29,245 nucleotides of DNA from Craspedostauros australis (GCA_030167865.1 JALAGF010002089.1:62001-91245); one strand, 5' to 3'; positions 1 to 11,200 are shown, counted from the first letter of the stretch. Translations and numbers: made by a program. The notes: generated from the sequence alone by a model not told the origin.

Positions 1-1910
1 TCTTCTCAGTCGCGTCGGTCGGTGAAGTGAATGCCCGTGGATTGCGTGCAAGCAGTGCTTGGATGGCCTGCAATGTACATCGAATGTGGAGGTACGTATG
101 AAGAGCAAAGGAGAATGAAGGGGCACGTATAATTCGAGTGAGAACATGAGAGAATATGATGTGCAGTCGCTGCCAAAGTGCCATTCGTGCACATTCGTAC
201 GATCGGACTCACCTTCGTCCTTGCACCGTCTGATCCGCTCTCTTCGACCGTGTTCTTGCAATTCAAGCATGCGCAGGTTATTGGGCAGCAACGGCGGCCA
301 GCTCTGAAGCAGTCGCAGTACAATGCCAGGCACCTGGATCGTGGACAGGAGCAACCTCTCGGGTTTTCCTTCAACGGGCCCAGGCTGAAGATAGCAGAGC
401 ACAGCAGATCCATGTTGTCACTCTTTGGTTCTAGGTACGTCTTGATTCTCTTCGCTGGTGGAGCCGCCATGTTCGCCCCGAAGATCCCGGCGACGTCCGA
501 GGGCACAGCATGCTGTCCGGGTGAAGAATGACTGGATGCCGGCGCGGATAGCGTGGCGGACGTTGATGGGGATGTATCGGCAGTGGAGGACGATGTCGAA
601 AGGCTTCGTTTGGCGTACGGATTAGAGCCTGCGGACAGCATGGTGTCATTCATCCGCGCCGCGTGTTCAGCCCGTTGGGCAAGTCGTGGCGGGAGCATTG
701 AGTGGCGTTGCCGATCGCCGAAAGATCCGGTCGGGGTGTGGTACTTGCCGAAGTGTCCGCGATGCTCCATTACGGCAGTGTCGAAGGGATGCGCTGCAGA
801 GGTTCTATCTCTGCGGTTCTCGTCATGGGTCGCAGATGCTGATGCAGCCATTCTGGACCCTCCCCTCGATGCTGCAGCTGCCCTACGACTGTCGGAAATG
901 GACTGGTACCGTGTATCTGGTGGTGGGTAGTCGAGGATCCATTGGTTTGGTCCTGCTGTGGCGTAGCCTTGTGAACTCCTCGATGCTTGTGCCCTGACTG
1001 ATGCAGGTAGGGAGGATGGAAGGGGGAGCTCTGAGTGAGCAGCAGCGTGTGCCGACAGGCTGGATGATGCATACGGCGGAGGTCTGTCTGGTGCTACCGC
1101 CGCGATACTGTATTGCTTGCCTTGACGTTTGTGAGTCTGAATGGCGGCTGTCTCGCGAGAACGCCATTCGGAGGCTGACTGGGGTCTCCACGCCAGCTGC
1201 TCTGGCGCTCGCCGCTCCACGTTCGGTTGATGTTTCGACTGGCTGGTGTTGAGACCAGCGTTTGGACGATGAGGGTGATGTTGGTCGCTCAGACCGAACG
1301 CCTGGTGCAAATGAGACCGCTGGTACCGATGTGGATGATGTAGGTCTTGGTGATGATATTGATGCGAGTGCGAATTCTGCTGTTGATGCAAGTTCTGGTG
1401 CTGGTGGACAAAGATCCCCTGTTGTCCAGCGGCGCTCATCTTGTCCGCCATTGTCTGGTGCGCTCGCTCAGTTCTGTTGTTGATGATGGATGCGGATGTT
1501 CCCAGAAGCGCCACTGCCGCATTCATTGCCGCAATATCCTCTGGGACGGACGCCATATTCCTCAAGGTTCCGGGTAACGATGACAACAGCGCCTCCCCAG
1601 CTGCTCCTGCCGTCGTGGACGTTTCCGGCGTCGTTGCTGCCGATGATCTCGCCACTTCGGTCGACCCTGCTTGTACAGCCGTTGTCGCCAGGGGGGCTTC
1701 TGGTGCCGCCGTTGCTGACGATGATGGCAAGTTCTCGTTGGAACGGTATCGGTGGAAGCGAGGTTTGGCGGTGGTGCTGGTGTTGCTGTCGTCGTCGGCA
1801 ATCTCCATCATTGATGTCAGCTCTGATCGATTCCAAGCTTCGATTAAATGAGGAGTGCAAGGCCGATACTGACTTTGGGCGACGAGTTGCAGCGCGGTGA
1901 TGCCCTCCAT
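1..1910 (-). CDS. CRC-domain (tesmin/TSO1-like CXC, LIN54-like) protein; spliced, 3' end beyond the window
   Basis: Exon 1 is 1910-213 (ATG at 1910). It encodes a long S/A/H/Q-rich disordered region, then the CXC motif CSCPRSRCLALYCDCFRAGRRCCPITCACLNCKN. Intron 212-68 (GTGAGT...CAG, phase 0). Exon 2 (67 to <1) reads AIQALLARNPRAFTSPTDATEK, restoring the RNPxAF hinge typical of CRC proteins. Confidence 0.9.
68..212 (-). other. Spliceosomal intron of the CRC gene (145 bp)
   Basis: Minus-strand AAG|GTGAGT donor and TTGCAG|GCC acceptor; splicing restores RNPRAF in frame. Confidence 0.9.
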
Positions 1911-1931
1911 TTGGTGATGGGCGAGTTACGG

Positions 1932-1993
1932 TGCGTTGCGTTGCGTTGCGTTGCGTTGCGTTGCGTTGCGTTGCGTTGCGTTGCGTTGCGTTG
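1932..1993. repeat. (TGCGT)n pentanucleotide microsatellite, about 12 copies
   Basis: Perfect tandem array seen directly, ending about 20 bp upstream of the CRC gene ATG. Confidence 0.97.
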
Positions 1994-3795
1994 GGTTGGA
2001 TTTCGCCTTGGTTTGGTTGCTTTGCGTTCAGTGCTTTCAGTGCGAATCCAGTTTGGTTGTCGATTTTGTGAGCGGAGTATGATGGTCGAGTTACGACGCG
2101 AGCTTCTCTCTGCGTTGCACTATTCGTTCGATTTCCCACAATGTTCGGTGTGGTTGCAGTCTTTGTTCCTCTGTCTTTACTTGTTGGCCTGCCCGCTTTT
2201 GGTTGAGTTTGATCGAGTTTGTTTGCTTGGCGTGATGTGGTGCGTTGCGGTGTGGCGCAGTGTGGTGCGGTGTTGCACCAAACAGTAGAAGATGGTGAAG
2301 GCTTGGGAGTTGGATGATGCGGTCGATGGATGGAAAGTTGGATAGGAGACTGTATTGTGTTCTCAGACACAGCTTGGCAGGTGCTGCGAATAGATGGATC
2401 GCACTGTTGGTGCTCTCGGCTGTGAGGCAACTCCAAGCACTGAGCGAATTTTCAAAATGAGTTGAAGGAGCTCACATCAGTTGGCCCTGTGATAAGTTGC
2501 TCGACCGAGGTGCGCAGGCGCAAAGCCTGGCGATGATCTTGTTCTGAACGATGTTAATTATCGGTTTTTTCAATTGTTGCGTCGATGTGATGATTCAAAT
2601 CGCAGGTTTGCCAAGGTTGGAGATCATCACATGGTACAGTTGGTGCGCCATGATGCCGTTGCCGTGACGGTGATGGCCTTTTGATACAAACCCTTGAGAG
2701 CAGGCGACGCCTTGCGGTCCTGTCAAAAAAAAGTCATCTCTTTGTCGGATGGTGGTTCTCACGGTATTGCACTCGTCTGTGTGGTGTGGAATGTTGCGTG
2801 TCGTATGTTGTCGTACACCCTCCTCGGACGACTCCCACTGATCGTCAATTGTTGCTTTCGCACATCATGCTGCCTCTCATCGTCCCACAAAGCAAATATT
2901 CATGTGGTAATGGTACTGTTGCATCATAGTATGCAAACCCACATCGCCGACGGGTGTCCTCTCACATTTTCTTGCGAAACCCTCATCCGACTATGATGCG
3001 GAATGAACGTGCTTGCAGCAATGTCGTAACCTGGCAAACTTCCTGGCGCCTCGGAATGTTGAAAATTTGGCTGCATTTGCTCTTCGTTCCTCGCTCTTCT
3101 CCGGTTCCTGCGACTGTTGGTACGCCATTGTCATCTCGCTCCTGCTTCGCTGAATGCCGACCCAGGAGTGTCTGCGATTGTGTGGAGTTGGTGACGTCTT
3201 CGTGATTTGGCCTGTTCGTTTGTGTGTGTGTTCGGGTGTTCTTGATTTCTTGGAGCTTTGGTTCGCGTACCTCACTGTGTGAGGTTTTGTGGGTTCGGAA
3301 TGTGGGAGTTAAACAGACGTTATTTTATCAATGTTGCTTTTCGAATTTTGAAATGAGCCTCTTGATTGAGTCAAACAAGTCTGCTGTTCACTTTATTTAT
3401 TTCTATTCGGCAGTTGAGCTTTATGAATCGGAACCCATTCGCGGATCTTGTGTGGAAACGCCAAACAAGCCAAAGCGAAGAATCTTTTTCTTCACATCTG
3501 CGCGCTGTGGGTCGTTCTCGTGATCGTATCCAACGCCTCTGTGCGCACTCCAACCACGACGAACAAAGTGTGGAATGGGTTCGTCGAAAGATCCGCGGCG
3601 GTACTGGTCGTGTTTGGCGGCTTGGGATGAAGAACGCAGACACTGGAGCGACGACGACGATAACAACAGAACCGCCAACACACCCTCTGTCATAAAATCG
3701 CAAATCCGAAGATTTGGAACTGCCGCCACTCTCCCGTCTATCCATCGATCCATCCACCCATCCACTCCCTCCTATTCTACTTGCAACCTGACAAG

Positions 3796-5542
3796 ATGAA
3801 CATCATCCGGAGTCTCCTGGCATCAGCCTTGCTGGCCTCCCCATGCGTCGCCGATGTCGTCCTCAGCAAGGAGTTGATGGAGCTCACGAAGCTGAGCGCT
3901 GAGCTCTCCAGCCTGGCCTACGCAGAGAGTCCTCCAGGCGATCAATACGATCACTTTGGATTCTTCGACGCAGGTAAGGAAGGGCAGTACTCGTATGGTA
4001 TAATGCCACTTGTTCAATAGTAGAGTAGTTGCTCTGCTACCTCCCCAAGATGCTGGTGGCGGCGCTGATGTTGTTCGTGTTGTTGGTGGGCGATGGCATG
4101 TGATATGTGACAAGCCCTCGCCAGATTCAGTCGGGCTGCGCAATCGGCACCCACGCGCGAGTTGCTGCCTTGATCCATGGACTTCCACACCTGCTCACTT
4201 AACTCACTCAACTCACTATTCTCGAGAATGTGAACACCTTTGCAATGGATAATATGGACGTTTGCCCATCACAGAACCCGACCAGGCTCTCGTGGTCAAG
4301 CAGGACGGATACTGCTTCGGCGCATTCCGCGGAACCACCCTCACGTTCGATGACTGGTCCCAGAATTTCGACCTTGGATTCGAGGAGATTTGCGACACGC
4401 AGGCAGACGAATCGAAGACGTGCTGCAGCACCCGCGAAGGCTTCTACAAGGCCTACTACACCGACTACCAGGAGGAGATGGAGACGGCCATCCGGGAATG
4501 CGCCGCCGACTGTCAGAACGCTGACGAATGCGTCGTCTTCACCGGCCACTCCCAGGGAGGCGCCATCGCCGCCGTTGCCGGACTCGTCATGGCCGATCTC
4601 AATCCGTACGTCATCACCTTCGGACAGCCAGCCACCATCGACGCCCCGTGCGAAATGGTCACATCCGAGCGCTGGTACCGTTTCGTCAACACCAAGGCAT
4701 CCATCGATAAGATCGGAATCACGTACGATCCAATCCCGTTCGCCCCAGGCGTCGGCGCCGACTCCTTCGGTCACATGATCATCCTCGGAGAAGACCCAAC
4801 TGGCGTTGCCTACATCGGTCTGGATGCGCAGGACAAGTTCGGCCCCCTCAACACGGCCGGGTTCGAATCTCACTCCATGGTGCATGGTGAAGGCGTCGAG
4901 TACCCAGGATACCTCGACCGCATCAACACCCTCCTCAACAACACCGACGCCTTCCCAATCCGCGCCAACGGCTTCGCCGCCGGAACGCTTTGCAGTGAGG
5001 GATCGGAATGCATGTCCGGCGTCTGCGATGCCGAGACCGGCTTGACCTGGAACCGCTGCGTCGGCGAGGAGTGCAAGGAAGATGACGAATGCGAGTCCGG
5101 ACGTTGCGACTCCGGAATCTGCATCCCCAAATTGTCCAGCTGCATGGCATGCGACGAGGACACCGACTGCGCCGGTGGCAAGTGTCTCCTTTTCAAGTGC
5201 TCTGGCCCAGAGGGGCTCATGGACGACAACTGCAATTGCAAGTGGGACTCGGACTGCCGCAGCGAACGTTGCGAGCTCTTCGAGACCGGTTTCTGCGAGG
5301 CCAAGCTCGCCATCGGCGGAAGCTGTAACGAAGGCACCGACTGCCAGTCCGGCTACTGCTCGTGGAGCTTCGTCTGCGAGGATGCAGAGATCGGAAAGGA
5401 GCGCGCGATAAAGGCGAAGAAGGGAGGACTTGGTGCCCTTGGTGTCATCGTCATCCTTGCCGTCATCGGTGGTATCGGCTACTGCATCTACACTCGCCGC
5501 CAGAACGACTACGATGAGATCGTCCAAGAGGTCGTCGTGTAA
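3796..5542 (+). CDS. Class-3 (fungal-type) lipase with signal peptide, five Cys-rich repeats, single TM helix and short tail (about 481 aa, 2 exons)
   Basis: Exon 1 is 3796-3973 (signal peptide MNIIRSLLASALLASPCVA, then LSSLAY). Intron 3974-4274. Exon 2 is 4275-5542. Lipase_3 motifs: AFRGT, FTGHSQGG (nucleophile elbow, 4544-4558), ITFGQP, YDPIP, SHSM. Cys-rich region 4991-5377; TM GALGVIVILAVIGGIGYCIY. Confidence 0.9.
3974..4274 (+). other. Spliceosomal intron of the lipase gene (301 bp)
   Basis: CAG|GTAAGG donor and CACAG|AA acceptor; the phase-1 join gives FFDA-E-PDQALV in frame. Confidence 0.88.
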
Positions 5543-6319
5543 GGTACCATACTAGGTATGGAAAGGTGAGAAAAGCGAAGACCAATACCACCATCACCAC
5601 TTCGATGGTTAGCAATCAGTTTGCTTCGGAGCTGTCAGCTGTTGCACTGCACGCTGCACAACACGTTAGGTGTCTTCTCGATATCACGTAGCCCAACGCA
5701 ATGTCCTCAGCCTTGCGATAAGTGTCGTCCTGTATCCGTGATCAGAACCACATCCGCGGGTAAAATCAGAGCAGAGCAGCACACACCACTCATGCTGGGT
5801 GCGTGTTCAGGGATATCAACACAAGCAACTCGGGAGCAATCCATCATGAGAGCACGTACGAATGGCAGAACATATCCAGACTGCGACTGCCCACTCTAAC
5901 AAATATTATAGCCTGTGAATAAAACCGAAACACGGCCATCACATTGGAGGCAGTCGAGCTGATGCATCGAGAGTGTGGCATGGTATGGCATACCTACACC
6001 ATGTGTTGTCATCGCAAGAGTTGCTTGATCATCTACGAGCTGGACGAAGAGAGTCTATCTCTTACTGTCTAGCGAGTACGCTCCCAGGCTCCAGCGAAGT
6101 GACAAGGAGTTCGGATTGGTTGGCGCCATTTCTGGCCATTCACGGATCATTGCTGTTTGCGTGACTGCGTGCGTTTTCCCCAACGGATGCCGAGGGTTCG
6201 CGATGCGATGAGGCGCAACTCTGATGATGTGCGCGTCGACGGATGGCCACAATGGAATTGTGGGATTGCTGCCAGCTGGGAGGCCCACAAGCAAACATAA
6301 TCAATCACAATCAATCACC

Positions 6320-7714
6320 ATGACGTGGATGAAACGAAACCAGTTGCTGTGCTTCGTGGGACTGCTCGTGCTCTGCCTTGTATCGCAAGGACGATGTGAA
6401 GCATCATCGAACGAAGCAACACAGCATTCGGGTGCGCACAACGATGGCATCGCCTGCGATTGCAGCAAGGTGGAAGACCTTCTTCGATCAAGCGTCATGC
6501 ATTCGAAATCAGCGCAGGCGAAAGCTAAGTCGTTGCAAGCGGAGCTAAAGGCGGCTCAATCCAAGATGCAGGCAATGCAGCAGGAGAACTCCGAGCTGCA
6601 AACCAAGTTGGACGGTGCGTCCAGTGATCTGGATGCCGCCAAGGCTGAATTGGAGCAAACGAATGCGAAGCTTGCAACGTCCGGCAACGAGAAGGCCGAG
6701 CTGGAGAAGCAACTGGAGGCAGCCAACGCGGCGATCGATGACACCAAGTCAACATCCAAGAACATTGAAGCACGTCATGATGCCAAGGTGAAAGAACTGG
6801 AGGCGCAAGCATCGTCACTGGCCGACAAGATCAAGAGCTCCCAATCCAATCTTGATGCTGCTGAAGCCGACAAGTTGCAGTTGCAAAAGGCGCTGGATGA
6901 GGCAACCGCTGCACTCGATGCAACCAAGTCAAAGTCCCAAAACGAGGCAAAGAGCAGCGATGCACGATCGAAGGAGCTCAAGGACAGGGTGTCCGCAATG
7001 ACCCAACGCATTGAAGAGCTCAAGGACGTCATCACGCGTGCGCAGCAGCGCAACGATGCTCTGCGCGATGACAAGGCCAAGCTGTCTCAACGCACCAAGG
7101 AGCAGCAGCAGGAGCTCCGCGCATTGAAGGACGCGCAGTTTATGCTGCGCCAAGAGAACTACGAACAGTTCCAAGAGATACAGAAGGCAAAACGCGACAC
7201 TCTGTGGTACCGTCTCAGCATCATGTGGAGTGGCATTGTGACCAATCCGGAAATCAAGAATGTCATCAACTCCGTCGAGCACATATGGGGCAATCTGAAG
7301 GTCGGTCGCATCGAGCTGCCACGCGACGGGTTCGTCCTCAATGCATTCTACCGCGTGCGTCGGATCTACAAACTCGTCACGGAAGAAACGAACGAGTTCC
7401 TGCACGAGCTTAGCCGGTTCCAGGCCGTCTACGCCGTCCTGAAGTTCCGCCATGACACACTGGAATTCATCGACCGCACAGTGCACACGACGGGGTCGGT
7501 CGGCAGACGATACTGCATCCTGCAGGAGGGTCCTGACACCGAAAGCATCTTGCATTCTGTCAGCTGCTACCTGGAAGAGAACAATGAGCAGATCACGGAC
7601 AGCGTCGAGGTGGCGTTTCTGCTCTTGGTTGTGCCTTACCTTGCGATGGTACTGTGTTTCAAGAAGAAACCGTCGGTGGTCGATGGAGGTGCCGTCAAAG
7701 CAAAGGCAGATTGA
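6320..7714 (+). CDS. Signal peptide, long coiled coil and C-terminal TM protein with KxKxx ER-retrieval motif; function unknown (464 aa)
   Basis: ATG 6320 follows an A/C-rich leader. Hydrophobic N-terminus LLCFVGLLVLCLVSQGRCEA; about 250 aa of heptad-rich A/K/E/Q sequence; TM VAFLLLVVPYLAMVLCF; ends in KAKAD*. Confidence 0.85.
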   Translation: MTWMKRNQLLCFVGLLVLCLVSQGRCEASSNEATQHSGAHNDGIACDCSKVEDLLRSSVMHSKSAQAKAKSLQAELKAAQSKMQAMQQENSELQTKLDGASSDLDAAKAELEQTNAKLATSGNEKAELEKQLEAANAAIDDTKSTSKNIEARHDAKVKELEAQASSLADKIKSSQSNLDAAEADKLQLQKALDEATAALDATKSKSQNEAKSSDARSKELKDRVSAMTQRIEELKDVITRAQQRNDALRDDKAKLSQRTKEQQQELRALKDAQFMLRQENYEQFQEIQKAKRDTLWYRLSIMWSGIVTNPEIKNVINSVEHIWGNLKVGRIELPRDGFVLNAFYRVRRIYKLVTEETNEFLHELSRFQAVYAVLKFRHDTLEFIDRTVHTTGSVGRRYCILQEGPDTESILHSVSCYLEENNEQITDSVEVAFLLLVVPYLAMVLCFKKKPSVVDGGAVKAKAD

Positions 7715-8284
7715 TGCAACTCGCGCATTGATGCATTGATGCATTGCATTGAGTGTCAGCAGAGCACTCACATGTCATGAACACCACACAGGAAAGGATC
7801 GCAAGCAAGAGTGATCGACACACCCACATAATCTTTGCTCCAATCTCTGACAAAAATAGAATATTCCTCAGGTCGCTTCATGCATACCTGACTTCATGAA
7901 GGTGTAACTGCAACAGCACGGATGGAAGGTCTCCTCGTGTGTTGGTACGCGAAGATTCTTGTTTGAATTCACATCATCCCAACCAGAGTAAAGGAGAAGC
8001 CCTCTAGCCTGTCTACGACTCCTTCGATTGAACCACTCAACTCATCACCACAAATTCACCGCCATCACTTTTTTCTCTCATTTCCCACAACTGTCCTGCT
8101 CAGTCCGGATGTCTTCCTTGGCGGCGACGATCATGCTTCCCACAAATACTCCCACACACTCTACCAATACTTACACTCCACTCTCATCAGAGTGATCATC
8201 ATCGGAATACTCTACTCTGATCGACGCCAATCCAATCTAATCTAATCTACTTGCGTTACCAGCACGATCCGCAACACATTCGCT

Positions 8285-11200
8285 ATGAGACGTTCAAAGA
8301 GCGACCCGTCCAAGTATGCGCGGAACTACCGCAAGATCTCGCAGCGTCGAATGACGCAGTTCGATGACATCAATGAGGATCAGGAGATCGATCGGCTGCG
8401 CAAGTTGCTCAGAGATTCGGAGGCCCATCTGCAGAAGCATACCGTTGAACCCGATGAAGAGGACAATGGTGATGATGATAATGCGGCAACAGACGACGTT
8501 CGTCCCCACAGACGAGGCAAGAAGCGCAAGGCCGTCGCGAATGGCAATGCGTCACAAGAAGGCGGATACGGTCAGGACGCCGACGATCAGCTCATCATCC
8601 TGGCAACGAAGAAAAAGAAGAAGAAGCAAGGCAAGAAGGCGCCCGTCATACAGCTCACGCCGCAGGAGATCAAGCAGGCCAAGGCATTCCAGAAAAAGAC
8701 GGAACGAAAGTTGCACCAATTGGAAACGCGACGAGCACAAAAGCTGAAGCGCAAGGAGCTCTACGACAAGCTGGAGCAGCACAAGATCGTCAACGCCGAC
8801 GTCATTCCCCTGCTGCGATCGTCGGCGAGTTTGTCGCGCAAGCACAACATGACGAAGAAGCAGCAATTGCAAGTTTTGATTCGAAAGGAGAAGATGGGAG
8901 TTCAATTGACGGAAGAGGAAAATGATTTGCTGTATTCCAAGAAAGTCGTGGATGACGCAGAGATGGATGCTGTGGTGGACGAAGACGAAGAAGATGATGG
9001 TGATGATGACGATGACGATAACGATGAACAGGTAAAGCCATCTACCGATGCATCGAACAACGATCAATGCGCCAGCGGCGGCAACATGAATGCGACATCG
9101 AAGAAGTCCAAGAAAACGAAAAAGTCGAAATCAAATCCCGCAGAGATTGACGACGAAGACCACGATGCGACGGGTGACATGAAAGTCAATGGGAACGGCA
9201 AGGGAGAAGATGACACTGAGAAGGACCCGGAAAACGAAGCTGATGAATCCGCAGCAACAGCAGCGGCGGCGGAACCGACGCCGTCCCCCATGGACTTTGC
9301 GGCTCAAATGATGGCATCGCTAACCACATTGAAACACAAGACGCAAGAGAAGAAAGAGCCTGAGGTCGTGGAGCCCGCCAATGATCTGGTCACGATCGCA
9401 GCTGCGCATTCGGGACCGAGGTACGTCCCGACCAACCCGACCCCGGTCATCACGGCCGCTGCCATGGGATTGGAGAGCTCCGCGATGAATCATTCGCGCC
9501 GTGTCATGGAGATCAAAAGGCCGAAGGAGGTCAGTGACAAACGCTACGATTTGCCGGTGTCGACCATGGAGTTCGAAATCATTGATGCGATCCGCAACAA
9601 TGATGTGACCATCCTGTGTGGTGAAACAGGAAGCGGAAAGAGTACGCAAGTACCGCAGTTCCTCTTCGAGGCTGGTTTCAGCCTGTGTCCTGGCGACGAG
9701 AGCAAATTCTTCAAGATCGGCATCACGCAACCACGTCGTGTTGCCGCGGTCTCCACGGCCAAGCGCGTTTGCTACGAGATGGGTCAGGGCGATGGACAAT
9801 CTATCAAGTCCAAGGGCAGCGGCAAGAAAAACAAAAATGGAAACCTTGTCTCGTACAAGACAAGATACGAGAGTGCCGGTCTCGGCAGCGACAACGCGGT
9901 TTGCTTCATGACGGACGGAGTCCTCCTGCAGGAGATCCAGAACGACCTCTTGCTGCGGCAGTACTCCGTCATCGTGTTGGATGAAATTCATGAGCGCAAC
10001 CTTAACACCGACGTGCTGATAGGATTGCTCAGCGCCGCCATCTCGTTGCGCAAACGTGCCGCGGCGGAAGATGGCATGGTACCACTGAAGCTGGTGCTCA
10101 TGAGTGCCACCTTGCGTGTGGAAGACTTCACGAAGAATGAAAAACTGTTCCTCAATGGCAAGCCAGCTGTCGTGCGCGTGCCAGGTCGCACGCATCCCGT
10201 AACGATCCATCATTCGAAGGTGACCGAGCTGGATGATTATGGTAAGCATTGTTTGGATTGTTGCATTGCATGTGTGTTGGTATTGTTGCTGCACACTTGC
10301 TTTGTTGGCTGTCTTTCGTTGCAGGAGATTGCATTTTTGAATGGTATTATGTATGCTGCCAAGCCATTGGTTTGGACCACGCGGTCGATTCTCATGAAAT
10401 GCAATAGTGCAGTTAACTGTACCAATCAAATCTCACACACTCTCCGCGCCCTTGTTTCGTATGTGCTGCTCTACAACTTCATGCATAACACCATCTTTCC
10501 CATCGCAAACCAACCAACCAACCAAACGGCTTGCAGAAACTGCGGCCTACAAGAAGATATGCAAGATCCATCGCAAGCTGCCGACTGGTGGCGTCCTCGT
10601 ATTTTTGACCGGAAAGCATGAGATTGTTCGCATGGTCAATCGACTTCGCAAGACCTTCCGCAAGAGCAGCAGGAACGTGCAATCGGAAGACACTTCCATT
10701 TACACCGGAGACAATGATGTGACTGTGGACGGTGTGGACAAGGACAGCGATGGTACTGGCAATCCGGACGACCGTGTTGCTATCCGAGAAATGGATGATG
10801 AAGAGGTGGATGCGGAAGACATCACGGATGATTACGACGAAATGGAGAATGATGAGATCATTGGCGACATCGAATCGACAGACGATAACATCCCCAAGAA
10901 GGCTCTCATCTTGCCGATGCATTCCATGCTTTCCGCCGAAGAGCAAGCCAAGGTGTTTTCCGAAGTGCCCGACGATCATCGTCTCATCGTGGTTGCGACG
11001 AACATCTGCGAAACCTCCATCACAATCCCCAACATGAGCTACGTGGTGGACACCGGGCGTCATAAATGCCGCAACTACAACTCCAGCACCGGCGTGGCCT
11101 CGTACGACGTGATGTGGATCAGCCGGGCGGCCGCCGATCAGCGTGCAGGACGTGCAGGCCGCACAGGACCCGGGCATTGCTACCGGCTGTACTCCAGCAG

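Noticed and set aside
6-212. C-terminal extension of the 634-aa ORF (VSPIVRMCTNG...)
   Set aside because: Read-through of the intron; the spliced frame gives the conserved RNPRAF hinge.
1468-2436. 322-aa minus ORF with NATQR repeats and its plus-strand CVALR counterpart
   Set aside because: Produced by the pentanucleotide microsatellite and a stop-poor leader; overlaps the real CDS out of frame.
4208-5527. 439-aa antisense ORF, and similar ones at 6929-7771, 9320-10429, 10479-11342, 20664-21611 and 28277-28996
   Set aside because: Antisense shadows of codon-biased genes with no motifs of their own.
10242-10621. Apparent frameshift or split helicase gene
   Set aside because: Fully explained by a canonical GT-AG intron.
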